From Flavobacteriales bacterium (lineage in GTDB: Bacteria > Bacteroidota > Bacteroidia > CAIKAF01), in assembly GCA_025055575.1 (NCBI GenBank), contig JANWWP010000063.1:19697-83696 (forward strand): DNA of 64,000 nt. The letters are read 5' to 3'. The notes under the pieces are model-generated. The model was not told the origin of the DNA. It searched no databases and saw only the letters and a list, made by a program, of their open reading frames with translations. Of this stretch, positions 54,984 through 64,000 are shown piece after piece. How positions within the stretch are numbered: position 1 is the stretch's first letter; the number at the start of each line of letters is the position of its first letter. The position numbers and the translations under genes were made by a program.

Positions 54984-56446
54984 TCCATATTTTTTTCTGG
55001 TTGTATGACGACACTTTGAATCTGACCTTCGTAAAGAAGCGTAACCAACCTGTCTCCGGACCGGGCCTTATCCGCTGATGTGAGAGCACGGTCTCCTTTC
55101 AGGGTGATGCTGTAACCGCGCCGGAGCACCTGTTCCGGGCTCAAAAGTCGCACATTTTTTTCAAGTTGATCCAGCGCTTGCCTTGCATTATAAAATCGCA
55201 AAGACAATTGTTTCGTGAGCTGCTTTTGAAGTTGCTCCAGGGCATGGAGTTGTTGACGCAAAAAGAAGCGCAGGTCTTTGGGGAGCATGTGGTAATAGCT
55301 TTGAAGGGCCATTCTTTGCCGGCTTATTTTTTTGAGAGAGGTGATTACGGTACGATGCCGCAGGTGAGCCAGGCCGTTATTTTGATTTTTTAAAAATTGT
55401 GCGGCATAGGTGTGGAGGCTTTTTTTAAGTGTTTTTATCACCACTTGACTCTGGAGGGTAATGCGTCGGGTGGCGCTTCTCAGGAGTCGTCCTTCATTGT
55501 TTAATCGGAATCGCTCATCTTGAATGAAAAGTAGGGGCTTTTGGATGACCACGGTCCGTGCAAACGAGAGAGATTGATCAAATTTCTGATATTTTTCTAT
55601 AATAAATTCAGCCAGTTTTGTAGGTGTAATGGCGTTGTAAAATGCCACCTGTTCCACGACAGTGTGGTTGGTGGCATGGCCAATGCCGGTGAGCACCGGA
55701 AGGGGAAAGGTGGCCACAGCACGGGCGAGTTCATATTGATTAAAAGCGGAAAGACCAGCTTCCCCGCCGCCTCCCCGTATAATGGCTACCGCATCAAAAT
55801 GGTGCATGACCCGGCGAATCCGCCGAAGTTGCAAAGCGATATCCTGGACGGCATGTGCGCCTTGAAGCCGGGCAGGAAAGAGCATATAAAAAAGCGCAAA
55901 CCGCCCCGAACAGCTTTCCATTATTTGGCAAAAGTCGGCATAGCCCTTGCTGCTTTCCACGGAAATGATGGCCAGACGTCCGGGTAACAAGGCTAAAGGC
56001 AGCCCTTTATTTGCCTCCAGAAGCCCTTCGGCTTTCAGGCGCCGCAGAGTCGCCTCCTTTTCTGCCGCCAGATCCCCCAATGTGAAGTGAGGATCTATAT
56101 CCAGGATTTCCAGCGACATTCCGTGCACAGGGTCAAATACGATGCGCGCTTCGAACAGTATTTTGATGCCATCTCCCAACGGTTGGCCCAGACATTGAAG
56201 GAAGCGGGCATTGATGCGCTGGAAATGTTCCCTCCAAATATGGGCCCGCATCTGTGCCACCACCCGCCCCTCTTTTTTCTCCACCAGATCTGGATAACAA
56301 TGACCCGATTGGCGGTAAAAATTCAGCCGGAGCAGCTCGGCCCGTACCCAGTAGGTGCGCCGGTATCTTTCGGCCACGGTTTTTTGGAGGCTTTGGGCCA
56401 CTTGAAGCAAGGAAAAAATGTGTCGTGCGTAATGTTCCTCTGGCAT
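54980..56446 (-). CDS. xseA: Exodeoxyribonuclease VII large subunit
   Basis: YWVRAE, GHCYPDL, IIRGGG, LTGIGH, TPTKLAEF and LRRGYSI motifs. Start ATG 56446 or TTG 56455. Confidence 0.93.
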   Translation of the reverse strand: MPEEHYARHIFSLLQVAQSLQKTVAERYRRTYWVRAELLRLNFYRQSGHCYPDLVEKKEGRVVAQMRAHIWREHFQRINARFLQCLGQPLGDGIKILFEARIVFDPVHGMSLEILDIDPHFTLGDLAAEKEATLRRLKAEGLLEANKGLPLALLPGRLAIISVESSKGYADFCQIMESCSGRFALFYMLFPARLQGAHAVQDIALQLRRIRRVMHHFDAVAIIRGGGGEAGLSAFNQYELARAVATFPLPVLTGIGHATNHTVVEQVAFYNAITPTKLAEFIIEKYQKFDQSLSFARTVVIQKPLLFIQDERFRLNNEGRLLRSATRRITLQSQVVIKTLKKSLHTYAAQFLKNQNNGLAHLRHRTVITSLKKISRQRMALQSYYHMLPKDLRFFLRQQLHALEQLQKQLTKQLSLRFYNARQALDQLEKNVRLLSPEQVLRRGYSITLKGDRALTSADKARSGDRLVTLLYEGQIQSVVIQPEKNME

Positions 56447-56602
56447 ACAATTCAATTAGATTTGGAAGTTTAAAAAAACGACACAAGCCCTTCAAAAGAT
56501 TAAAAAACTAGTCTCATAAACTGGAATTTTAGCCCAAGAACATTAAGCTTCCCCAAAAAATCACTGGGCTTGCTTTGAAAGCTTTCAGTTGGAAAGAAAA
56601 CT

Positions 56603-57829
56603 TTATTTTAAGAGCGGTAGTTTTTCCAAAGCGTGGCGGCACCGTCCCACGGATTCTTCCAGATCCGCCTCAGAAGCTGCAAAAGAAAAGCGGATATGGT
56701 CATCCATTCCGAAGGCCGTTCCAGGCGTGATGGCCACCCCGGCTTCGTTCAACAGAAACATGCACAAATCCTGGCTGTTGCGGATCTGTGCACCGCGGGA
56801 GGTCGTGGTCCCCAGATAAAAAGATGCATCTGCGAAAATATAAAAAGCGCCTTCCGGTTTAAGGAATTTCAGGCCGGGAATAGACTTTAAAAGCTCGGCT
56901 AGCAAGTCCCGGCGTTTTCTGAAAGCCTCCGTCATAGGTTTCACTATTTTATCAGGGGGAGTGCGGAGGGCTGTGATGGCTGCCCTTTGAGTGATGGAGC
57001 ACGTGGCGGAAGTGTACTGCCCCATGATTTTTACGCAAGCCTTGGCTATGGCGCTGTGGGAGGCGGAATAGCCAAAGCGCCAGCCCGTCATGGCAAAGCC
57101 TTTGGAAAGACCGTTTACAGTGATGACCCGGTCGCGTATTTCCGGAAAGCGAGCCAGAGATCCCGGACGTTGGGGCGTGAAATAAATGTGTTCATAAATC
57201 TCATCCGAGATCACAAAAAGCTGAGGAAATTCTTTCAACAGGGCCGCCCAATCTTCCAGTTCCTGGTCGCTCCATACGGCCCCCGAAGGATTGCAAGGCG
57301 AACTGAAAATAATTAACCGGGTACGCTCGTGGATATGGGGGCGAAGCGCATCAGCCGAAGTTTTATAACCGCTCTCAGGACCGGCCTTTACGAAGACGCA
57401 GCGTCCTCCGGCAAAGCGTACCATTTCGCGGTACGACACCCAATAGGGAGTGGGCAGCAGCACCTCATCGCCGGGATTCAGCAGCGCCGTCACCGCGTTA
57501 GCGATGGCCTGCTTGGCGCCGGTGGTGCATACGATTTCATGGGGTTCATAGCGCAGCCCGTTATCCCGCCAGAGTTTTTCGCACACAGCTTCCTGAAGCT
57601 CGAGGTAGCCAGGTACGGGGGTGTAATGTGAATAATTGTCACGAATAGCTTGGATGGCTGCTTCCTTCACGATCTCCGGCGTGTCGAAATCAGGTTCTCC
57701 CAGGCTCAAATTAATGATGTGGCGTCCCTGGTTTTTCAGTTCTCTGGCCATGCGCGCCATCGCAAGGGTTTCGCTTTCCCCCATAAGGCGCACTCTTTCG
57801 GCCAGAGCGCCTTCCATGTTGTGCCGCAT
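56603..57829 (-). CDS. aspC: Class I PLP-dependent aminotransferase (aspartate aminotransferase)
   Basis: LSLGEPDFDTP, SPCNPSG, SDEIY and NGLSKGFAMTGWRFG (PLP lysine). Start 57829 or 57817. Confidence 0.9.
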   Translation of the reverse strand: MRHNMEGALAERVRLMGESETLAMARMARELKNQGRHIINLSLGEPDFDTPEIVKEAAIQAIRDNYSHYTPVPGYLELQEAVCEKLWRDNGLRYEPHEIVCTTGAKQAIANAVTALLNPGDEVLLPTPYWVSYREMVRFAGGRCVFVKAGPESGYKTSADALRPHIHERTRLIIFSSPCNPSGAVWSDQELEDWAALLKEFPQLFVISDEIYEHIYFTPQRPGSLARFPEIRDRVITVNGLSKGFAMTGWRFGYSASHSAIAKACVKIMGQYTSATCSITQRAAITALRTPPDKIVKPMTEAFRKRRDLLAELLKSIPGLKFLKPEGAFYIFADASFYLGTTTSRGAQIRNSQDLCMFLLNEAGVAITPGTAFGMDDHIRFSFAASEADLEESVGRCRHALEKLPLLK

Positions 57830-57852
57830 ATTGTGCGTTGGTCGGAGAAATT

Positions 57853-58407
57853 TTAAACGAGGGGTGCTTCTTCTATCGCCTTGGGTTCATTTTCAAAATC
57901 CTGATACAGAAGGCTGGGCTGAATGCCCGTATTGTTCTGATACTTCCCGGAACGATAGGGAACGTATTCTCCCAAAATTTCATGATAAAATATCTGGCAG
58001 ATAGGCACTCCAGGGTAGATACGGATGGGGTGCACACAGTGCATTTCCAGTGTCCAATAGCCGGCAAATCCCACATCGCCAAAACCGGCCGTTACATGGA
58101 CATAGAGGCCCAAACGGCCCACGGAAGAGCGGCCCTCCAGCATGGGCACCACGCCCTCGCTGCGGGTGTATTCCAGCGTGCGGCCCAGATACAGACGTCC
58201 TGGCTCTAACACCAGCCCCGAGTCCGGAATCCGAAGGGTCTGCACCTCATTAGGTTTGCGCATATCCAGCACACGACCTGTGTACACCATCAATTCATTA
58301 TGGAGACGCAGATTGTAACTGTTAGGATTGAGCAGTTTTTCATCGAAGGGCTCAATGAATAAGGTGGAGCCCAGACGTTTTTTAATTTCCAAACCTGAAA
58401 GAATCAT
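57853..58407 (-). CDS. dcd: dCTP deaminase (dUTPase superfamily)
   Basis: LNPNSYNLRL, EGRSSVGRLG, TAGFGDVGFAGYWTLE, ICQIFY and YRSGKYQ motifs. Confidence 0.92.
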   Translation of the reverse strand: MILSGLEIKKRLGSTLFIEPFDEKLLNPNSYNLRLHNELMVYTGRVLDMRKPNEVQTLRIPDSGLVLEPGRLYLGRTLEYTRSEGVVPMLEGRSSVGRLGLYVHVTAGFGDVGFAGYWTLEMHCVHPIRIYPGVPICQIFYHEILGEYVPYRSGKYQNNTGIQPSLLYQDFENEPKAIEEAPLV

Positions 58408-58444
58408 GCGTTACCTCAGCTTTTGCGATGCCAAATAACTGAAA

Positions 58445-58452
58445 TATTTTTG
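58445..58452 (+). promoter_or_regulatory. -7 promoter box TATTTTTG of pfkA
   Basis: Exact TAnnTTTG, 13 nt before ATG 58466. Confidence 0.6.
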
Positions 58453-58465
58453 ATATCCTTGAGCG

Positions 58466-59449
58466 ATGAAAATCGGGGTTTTGTGTAGCGGAGGGGATGC
58501 ACCCGGCATGAATGCGGCGCTCCGCGCGGTCGTGCTCACAGCGGCTGAAGGGGGGGCACAGGTGGAAGGCATTTTGTTTGGCTTTGATGGTTTAATAGAC
58601 AATCAAACCGCGCCATTGTTGCCTGAGGCTGTGGCCGGGTTGGCCCGGCATGGCGGCGCTTTTATTGGTTCTGCGCGGTCCCCGCGCTTTTTGGAGAAAG
58701 ATTCCCGGCAGCAGGCAGCGGAACATTGCCGCCAGAAGGGCCTGGAAGCACTTGTGGTAATAGGAGGCGATGGCAGCTATCGTGGCGCCGCGGTTTTTGA
58801 GGAAGAAACCGGAATTCCTTGTGTGGGACTCCCCGGGACCATTGATAATGATCTAGAGGGCACCGAATATACAATCGGCTTTCAGACGGCCGTTCAAACT
58901 GCCCTTGAAGCCGTGGATAAAGTGATGGACACGGCCGAAAGTCATGGCCGCGTTTTTGTGGTGGAAGTGATGGGCCGCGATGCCGGACATATTGCGGCCA
59001 ACACGGCCGCTGCTGCGGGCGCTCATGCTGTCCTCATTCCGGAAGTGCCCCATCAAGTGCCGGCCTTGCTGGAATTTTTTAAACGCTACCAGGGCGCAAT
59101 GCGCCGCCGACCCATCATTATTATATATTCTGAAGGAGAGTCCGAAGTGGGGCGGGAGGATCTGGTCCGCAACCTGCGCACCAGCTTTCCTCAACTGGAC
59201 GTGCGCAGCTTGGTGCTGGGGCATCTTCAGAGGGGAGGCCCGCCCGTGGCCGCCGATCGCATTTTAGCGGCCCGACTGGGCCGCGAAGCGGTTCTGGCCT
59301 TGTCCAGGGGCTTTTCTGGGATGGGTTTGGGTATTCGGCAGGGGCAGCTGGTCCATACGCCTCTGGCCCAGTGTAAAAAGAGACAGCTTCCTCCGGAGGC
59401 CTACCTTTTGGAACTTAGCAGTCTCGGCTTACAGGAGTGGAAATTCTGA
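58466..59449 (+). CDS. pfkA: ATP-dependent 6-phosphofructokinase
   Basis: SGGDAPGMNAA, GGDGSYRG and PGTIDND (ATP-type residues), EVMGRDAG and LGHLQRGG. Confidence 0.93.
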   Translation: MKIGVLCSGGDAPGMNAALRAVVLTAAEGGAQVEGILFGFDGLIDNQTAPLLPEAVAGLARHGGAFIGSARSPRFLEKDSRQQAAEHCRQKGLEALVVIGGDGSYRGAAVFEEETGIPCVGLPGTIDNDLEGTEYTIGFQTAVQTALEAVDKVMDTAESHGRVFVVEVMGRDAGHIAANTAAAAGAHAVLIPEVPHQVPALLEFFKRYQGAMRRRPIIIIYSEGESEVGREDLVRNLRTSFPQLDVRSLVLGHLQRGGPPVAADRILAARLGREAVLALSRGFSGMGLGIRQGQLVHTPLAQCKKRQLPPEAYLLELSSLGLQEWKF

Positions 59450-59790
59450 GAAAGGCAGGTCCGAAACTTTTTATGTAATTTTCTAGATGTATTTTTAATA
59501 CATATTTTTTATATTTATTATTGCAAGTTTAAAAATTTATATTATTCCCAAAAAACATACTAGTTGAAAATACAATAATAATTTTAAAGCTTTTTTTCTA
59601 ACGAGATTTTTTTAAATCATCTTGACTTTCCATCTCCAACTCCCGAAACGTCTTTGGCTGAATAAGCTCATCTATTAGTTAGGAAGCTAAATTATAAAGA
59701 TTTTGATCCGCAAGGTTTAAATCATCTACTTTTTTCTTTCATTCTATAATTATTAAACTGGTATTGAACATTTGCAGCAAATAGTCTCCC

Positions 59791-59798
59791 TATCTTTG
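59791..59798 (+). promoter_or_regulatory. -7 promoter box TATCTTTG of alaS
   Basis: Exact TAnnTTTG, 17 nt before ATG 59816. Confidence 0.75.
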
Positions 59799-59815
59799 CG
59801 GGTTTTAAAGCAGGT

Positions 59816-62449
59816 ATGAACTCCAAGGAAGTCCGGCAGCAGTTTCTGGAATTTTTTAAACAAAAAGGGCATCTGATTGTGCCCTCGGCGCCCGTGGTGC
59901 AAAAAAACGACCCGACGCTGATGTTCACCAATGCGGGCATGAATCCTTTCAAGGATGTTTTTTTGGGCCAGGCCAAGCCGCAAGCTCCACGGGTGGCCGA
60001 TACGCAGAAATGCCTGCGCGTGTCGGGCAAGCACAACGACCTGGAAGACGTGGGGCTGGACACGTACCATCACACATTCTTTGAAATGCTGGGCAATTGG
60101 AGTTTTGGGGATTATTTTAAAAAAGAAGCCATAGGTTGGGCATGGGAACTTTTGACTGAGGTGTACAGGATACCGGCGGAACGGCTGTATGCCACTTATT
60201 TCCGCGGCGATTCTGCCGAAGATCTTGCGCCGGACGAGGAAGCCCGCGCCGAATGGGCACGATTTCTCCCCAAAGAGCGCATTTTGCCCGGCAGCAAGAA
60301 AGATAATTTCTGGGAAATGGGGGATACGGGCCCTTGTGGCCCCTGTACGGAAATTCATGTGGACATTCGCAGTGATGAGGACCGCCAGAAGGTGCCGGGA
60401 GAGCAGTTGGTGAATTCTGGCCATCCGTTGGTCATAGAATTGTGGAACTTGGTTTTTATTCAGTTTAACCGAAGCGCTTCCGGCGCCCTGAGCCCTTTAC
60501 CGCAAAAGCACGTGGACACGGGGATGGGGTTGGAGCGCCTGTGTATGGTGCTTCAAGGACGGCGCAGTAATTATGACACCGATTTATTTACGGGCTACAT
60601 CTACAGGCTGGAGGAACTTTCTGGTTTTATCTATGGCCGGGATCCCCGCATGGATGTGGCCTTCCGGGCCATTGCCGACCATGTTCGAGCTGTGGGGGCT
60701 TGCATTGCGGACGGCCAGTTGCCCTCCAACACCGGGGCCGGTTACGTGGTGCGGCGCATTTTGCGGCGCGCCGTGCGCTATGGGTTTTCACATTTGCAGT
60801 TTAAAGAGCCTTTTGTGTATAAACTTGTGGAAATACTGGCTGATAACTTGGGCGAAGCCTTCCCTGAATTGCGGGCTCAGAAGGATTTTATTGAAAAAGT
60901 GGTCCGGGAGGAGGAAGAAGCCTTTTTCCGAACTCTGGAACGCGGACTGGGCCGATTGCTGGAGGGACTCAAACAGGCGCGGGACAAAGTGCTGCCCGGA
61001 GAAACCGTTTTTGAACTGTATGACACCTATGGTTTCCCTCCGGATCTCACCCGGCAGATTGCCCGGGAAGAAGGCTACACCACCGATGAGGAAGGCTTCG
61101 AAAAAGCCTTGGAGTCCCAAAGGGCCAGGTCCCGGCGGGCTGCCGAGGTGAAACCAGGCGACTGGGTGGAAGTGCATCCCTACGAAAAGCCTCGTTTTGT
61201 GGGGTATGACCTGCTGCGGACACCTGCGCACATTTTGCGTTTCCGCACGCTGGAAGTGAATAAAAAAGCGCAGTTTCAGGTGGTGCTCAACAACACCCCT
61301 TTCTATCCTGAAAGCGGCGGCCAGGTGGGTGATTGCGGCTGGCTGCGGAGCACTAAGGAAGAATTAAAAGTCCTGGACACACAAAAAGAAAATGATTTAA
61401 TCGTTCATGTGGTGGATAAACTGCCTGACAATCCGGCGGAATTGTTTGAAGCCGTTGTGGAAGAAGAACGCCGGCGAAGGACGGCAGCCCATCACAGCGC
61501 CACCCACCTTTTACATGCTGCCTTGCGCCAGACGCTGGGCGCCCATGTGGAGCAACGCGGTTCTCTGGTGCATCCTGAATATCTGAGATTTGATTTTTCC
61601 CATCCCCACAAGCTCACTGAGGAGGAATTGGAAATCGTGGAAACGGAAGTAAATGCGCGCATTCGTGAAAATTTGCCCAGGGAGGAATTTAGGGATATCC
61701 CTCTGGAAAAAGCGCTGGAAGCCGGCGCTATGGCGTTGTTTGGAGAAAAGTATGGAGAGCGCGTGCGCATGATCCGTTTTGGGCAGGAGTTTTCCACGGA
61801 ACTCTGTGGCGGCACACATGTGCAGGCCACCGGGGAGATAGGTTTTTTCAAAATCTTAGCGGAAAGTGCCGTGGCGGCGGGCGTGCGCCGTGTGGAGGCG
61901 GTGGCCGGTCCAGGCGCCGAAGCTTGGGTGCGCCGTACGGCCGCCCAGTTGGAGCGGCTGAAAGCGCTCCTGAAAGCCCCTGATGACCCTCTGCGTCAGG
62001 CCGAGGCGCTTTTGCAGAAGCTCCGTGTTTTGGAGAAAAAATTGGAAGGAGTCAAAGCGCAAGAACGGGAGCTGTTGGTTCGTACTCTTCGGGAGGGACT
62101 TGTGGAGGGCCGTTCCTTGCGCTATGGTGTGCGCAGGGCAGACGATTTTTCATCGGAGGATTTCAGGTCAGTGGCTTTTTCTCTCAAACGCGACCTGCGC
62201 CAGGCTATAGTAGTTTTGGCCGGCGTTCAGGAAGGCAAACCGGTAGCGGCCGTATGGGTGTCGGATGATTTGGTGGCCCGCGGACTCAACGCCGGAACTT
62301 TGGTGCGCAATTGGGCCCCACACATTCAGGGCGGTGGCGGAGGCCAGCCTTTTTTTGCCACAGCCGGTGGCAAGCGGGTAGAAGGCGTAGATGCCTTGCT
62401 GCGCCACGCTGCCCAGGATCTGGCGGTGCTTGAATTGTCGTCCGAATGA
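59816..62449 (+). CDS. alaS: Alanine--tRNA ligase
   Basis: DPTLMFTNAGM, HHTFFEMLGNWSFGDYFK, HSATHLLH, ELCGGTH and GGGGQP motifs. Confidence 0.99.
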   Translation: MNSKEVRQQFLEFFKQKGHLIVPSAPVVQKNDPTLMFTNAGMNPFKDVFLGQAKPQAPRVADTQKCLRVSGKHNDLEDVGLDTYHHTFFEMLGNWSFGDYFKKEAIGWAWELLTEVYRIPAERLYATYFRGDSAEDLAPDEEARAEWARFLPKERILPGSKKDNFWEMGDTGPCGPCTEIHVDIRSDEDRQKVPGEQLVNSGHPLVIELWNLVFIQFNRSASGALSPLPQKHVDTGMGLERLCMVLQGRRSNYDTDLFTGYIYRLEELSGFIYGRDPRMDVAFRAIADHVRAVGACIADGQLPSNTGAGYVVRRILRRAVRYGFSHLQFKEPFVYKLVEILADNLGEAFPELRAQKDFIEKVVREEEEAFFRTLERGLGRLLEGLKQARDKVLPGETVFELYDTYGFPPDLTRQIAREEGYTTDEEGFEKALESQRARSRRAAEVKPGDWVEVHPYEKPRFVGYDLLRTPAHILRFRTLEVNKKAQFQVVLNNTPFYPESGGQVGDCGWLRSTKEELKVLDTQKENDLIVHVVDKLPDNPAELFEAVVEEERRRRTAAHHSATHLLHAALRQTLGAHVEQRGSLVHPEYLRFDFSHPHKLTEEELEIVETEVNARIRENLPREEFRDIPLEKALEAGAMALFGEKYGERVRMIRFGQEFSTELCGGTHVQATGEIGFFKILAESAVAAGVRRVEAVAGPGAEAWVRRTAAQLERLKALLKAPDDPLRQAEALLQKLRVLEKKLEGVKAQERELLVRTLREGLVEGRSLRYGVRRADDFSSEDFRSVAFSLKRDLRQAIVVLAGVQEGKPVAAVWVSDDLVARGLNAGTLVRNWAPHIQGGGGGQPFFATAGGKRVEGVDALLRHAAQDLAVLELSSE

Positions 62450-62458
62450 AATCATGGA

Positions 62459-63031
62459 TTGGTGAACCCTGCGTATCGGATAATCCACACCGTTGAATTG
62501 AATGGATCCCGTCTCCTGGTAGATGGCCGTTGTTTGATATCCCTTGAGGAAAGGGGAGGAGAATCACTCCACGAAAAGTTCAATGCATTCTATAAGTTGG
62601 GCGGTTTTGATTATCCCAGATTTTTTAAAATGGACCCCTTCTGCAAAGCCGGTGTTCTCTGTGCTTTGCCCGTTTTGAAATACATGAAAAATCAACCCCG
62701 CGCAGAGGATTCCGGTTTTCTCTTGTTCACGAGCAGCGGCTGTCGCATGGCCGATGAGGAACATATTCAGCAATTTTCTCAAGGAATGCCGTCACCGGCG
62801 GTTTTTGTGTACACACTTCCCAACATTTTAGTGGGAGAATGGAGTATCCTTTCAGGCTGGAAGGGATGGTGTCAATGTCACATTGTACAAGGAGCGGATA
62901 AAAATCTGATTTTAAATGCCGTAGAAAGACATTACAAGCAGGGAAATGAAGCTCCGCTGGCAGCCGCGTGGTGTGTCGTGGAGCCGGGTCATGTGGAAGC
63001 GTTTTTGTTTATTTGCGAAAAAGCGGAATAA
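62459..63031 (+). CDS. Truncated ketosynthase-like (chain-length-factor-type) protein of aryl-polyene/flexirubin-like clusters
   Basis: YPRFFKMDPFCK and PSPAVFVYTLPNILVGE motifs; lies directly upstream of ACP and KS. Start TTG 62459 or GTG 62462. Confidence 0.7.
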   Translation: MVNPAYRIIHTVELNGSRLLVDGRCLISLEERGGESLHEKFNAFYKLGGFDYPRFFKMDPFCKAGVLCALPVLKYMKNQPRAEDSGFLLFTSSGCRMADEEHIQQFSQGMPSPAVFVYTLPNILVGEWSILSGWKGWCQCHIVQGADKNLILNAVERHYKQGNEAPLAAAWCVVEPGHVEAFLFICEKAE

Positions 63032-63060
63032 TTTTTTGATCCATTCCTTTTTCTCTTGTT

Positions 63061-63324
63061 ATGGAAAAGAATCAACTGTGTGAGCAATTAAAAAATCAAA
63101 TCATTCAGCGGCTAAATCTGGAAGGGATGACCTCTGCCGATATTGCCGACGACCAGCCACTTTTTGCTGAAGGTTTGGGCTTGGACTCAATAGATGCTCT
63201 GGAATTGATCGTGCTGATGGAGCAGGAGTACGGAATTAAAATAGAAAATCCTCAGGAAGGCCGGGCTATTTTTTCTACCATTTCCTCCATGGCAGATTAC
63301 ATTTTGCGCCATAGGGCCCAATGA
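63061..63324 (+). CDS. Acyl carrier protein
   Basis: LGLDSIDALEL phosphopantetheine site; acidic 87-aa protein. Confidence 0.95.
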   Translation: MEKNQLCEQLKNQIIQRLNLEGMTSADIADDQPLFAEGLGLDSIDALELIVLMEQEYGIKIENPQEGRAIFSTISSMADYILRHRAQ

Positions 63325-64000
63325 AAGGGGATGCGGTGTATGTGACCGGCATGGGCATTGTGACCGCCCTGGGCATGGGTTTGGCAGCCCAGAGAGAGGC
63401 CTTGGAGTCTGGCCGATCAGGCATCCGTTGGCCCAAGGTTCTCAAAACCCGCCACCATCTTCCTTTGGGTGAGGTACCGTTTACGGATGAAGAATTAGCC
63501 GCCCTGGCCGGAATGCCCCTCATAGGGCCCATGGTAAGGACAGCGCTTTTGGGGTTATTGGCTGCCCAAGAATGCATCCATTCCTGCGGTTTGACAGCTC
63601 CCGATTTGCAGAAAACCCCTTTGATCTCTTCCACCACCGTGGGGGGCATGACGGCTACAGAAGAATATTTTTATACATATGAAACCACTCCCGCTACGCA
63701 GGTTTGGATTGATAAATTGGATTGCGGGGACAGCACCCGGGACATTGCTCAGGCTCTAGGTATCATGGATTTTTGCACCACCGTCAGCACAGCGTGTTCT
63801 TCTTCAGCCAATGCCATTATGCTGGGGGCACGATTGATCCGTCACGGCCTGTGCGAACGCGCTATGTGTGGCGGTTCTGATGCGCTCAGCCGTTTCACTT
63901 TGAATGGTTTTCATTCCCTGTTGCTTACAGAAAAGGTACCCTGTCGTCCCTTTGATAAAAACAGGCAAGGGCTTAACCTTGGGGAAGGAGCGGCTTTTTT
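63321..64000 (+). CDS. Beta-ketoacyl-ACP synthase (FabF-like), 3'-truncated by the window edge
   Basis: Translated by hand from ATG 63321 (ATGA overlap with ACP): VYVTGMGIVTALG, TVSTACSSSANA (active Cys), GGSDALSRFTLNGF and CRPFDKNRQGLNLGEGAA. Confidence 0.92.
   Translation, partial: MKGDAVYVTGMGIVTALGMGLAAQREALESGRSGIRWPKVLKTRHHLPLGEVPFTDEELAALAGMPLIGPMVRTALLGLLAAQECIHSCGLTAPDLQKTPLISSTTVGGMTATEEYFYTYETTPATQVWIDKLDCGDSTRDIAQALGIMDFCTTVSTACSSSANAIMLGARLIRHGLCERAMCGGSDALSRFTLNGFHSLLLTEKVPCRPFDKNRQGLNLGEGAAF

Noticed and set aside
3267-56455. Extended ORF-track starts (3267, 6097, 11103, 15468, 27777, 33295, 41125, 41426, 44710, 49878, 52324)
   Set aside because: They overlap neighbouring genes or promoter boxes; downstream starts fit signal peptides, family N-termini or -7 boxes better.
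56576-56587. Perfect 12-bp palindrome TGAAAGCTTTCA after aspC
   Set aside because: It has no loop or T-tract and no second copy was noticed; too little to interpret.
57853-58407. dCTP deaminase as an anti-phage defence gene
   Set aside because: It belongs to the housekeeping dUTPase-fold Dcd family, not the zinc-dependent kinase-deaminase defence type, and lies among core genes.
59450-59790. AT-rich region as oriC
   Set aside because: I found no TTATCCACA-type DnaA boxes, and no dnaA, gidA or similar neighbours.
59700-59815. T-box riboswitch upstream of alaS
   Set aside because: The promoter box is only 17 nt from the ATG, and there is no T-box motif or terminator.
59753-60424. 223-aa antisense ORF over the 5' end of alaS
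   Set aside because: A typical antisense shadow of a conserved synthetase, with no independent support.
1-64000. CRISPR arrays, tRNA/rRNA genes, IS elements, integrases, prophage, retron or DGR
   Set aside because: I saw no regularly spaced repeats, cloverleaf or rRNA motifs, terminal inverted repeats, or transposase, integrase, reverse transcriptase or phage ORFs; nearly all space is filled by recognisable chromosomal genes.

Overview
A 64-kb, gene-dense stretch of core chromosome from a Bacteroidota bacterium. The phylum call rests on recurrent TAnnTTTG (-7) promoter boxes in front of genes, T9SS parts (PorV-like and PorP/SprF-like barrels, two proteins with type-A C-terminal secretion domains) and Bacteroidota-typical families (DUF4837, DUF4197, BatA-domain, DUF5916, GH3/beta-lactamase fusion). 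Housekeeping genes include ptrB (cut by the left edge), a PiT transporter, dnaK, rimP-nusA-infB, a PhoB/PhoR-like pair, mltD, prs-rplY, dut, recX, ppiD, tatA-gatA, xseAB, aspC, dcd, pfkA and alaS. The right edge opens a KS-like/ACP/KS cluster of the aryl-polyene/flexirubin type. I found no rRNA, tRNA, CRISPR array, transposase, integrase, prophage or recognisable defence system. Most of the window is ordinary, and I see no unambiguous new multi-gene system. The best leads are regulatory. (i) The rimP and infB leaders share TGAAATGAA, which encodes a start-Lys-stop mini-ORF with a nested ATG uORF, and each is followed by a hairpin and U-tract; this is a candidate translation-sensing attenuator pair. 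(ii) Many -7 boxes lie 4-9 nt from start codons, suggesting leaderless mRNAs. (iii) dnaK has a sigma54-like promoter with palindromic upstream sites. (iv) A very acidic 90-aa protein with a GIDS motif lies just upstream of an orphan LuxE-like acyl-protein synthetase. All family calls come from motif recognition by eye, with no database searches.
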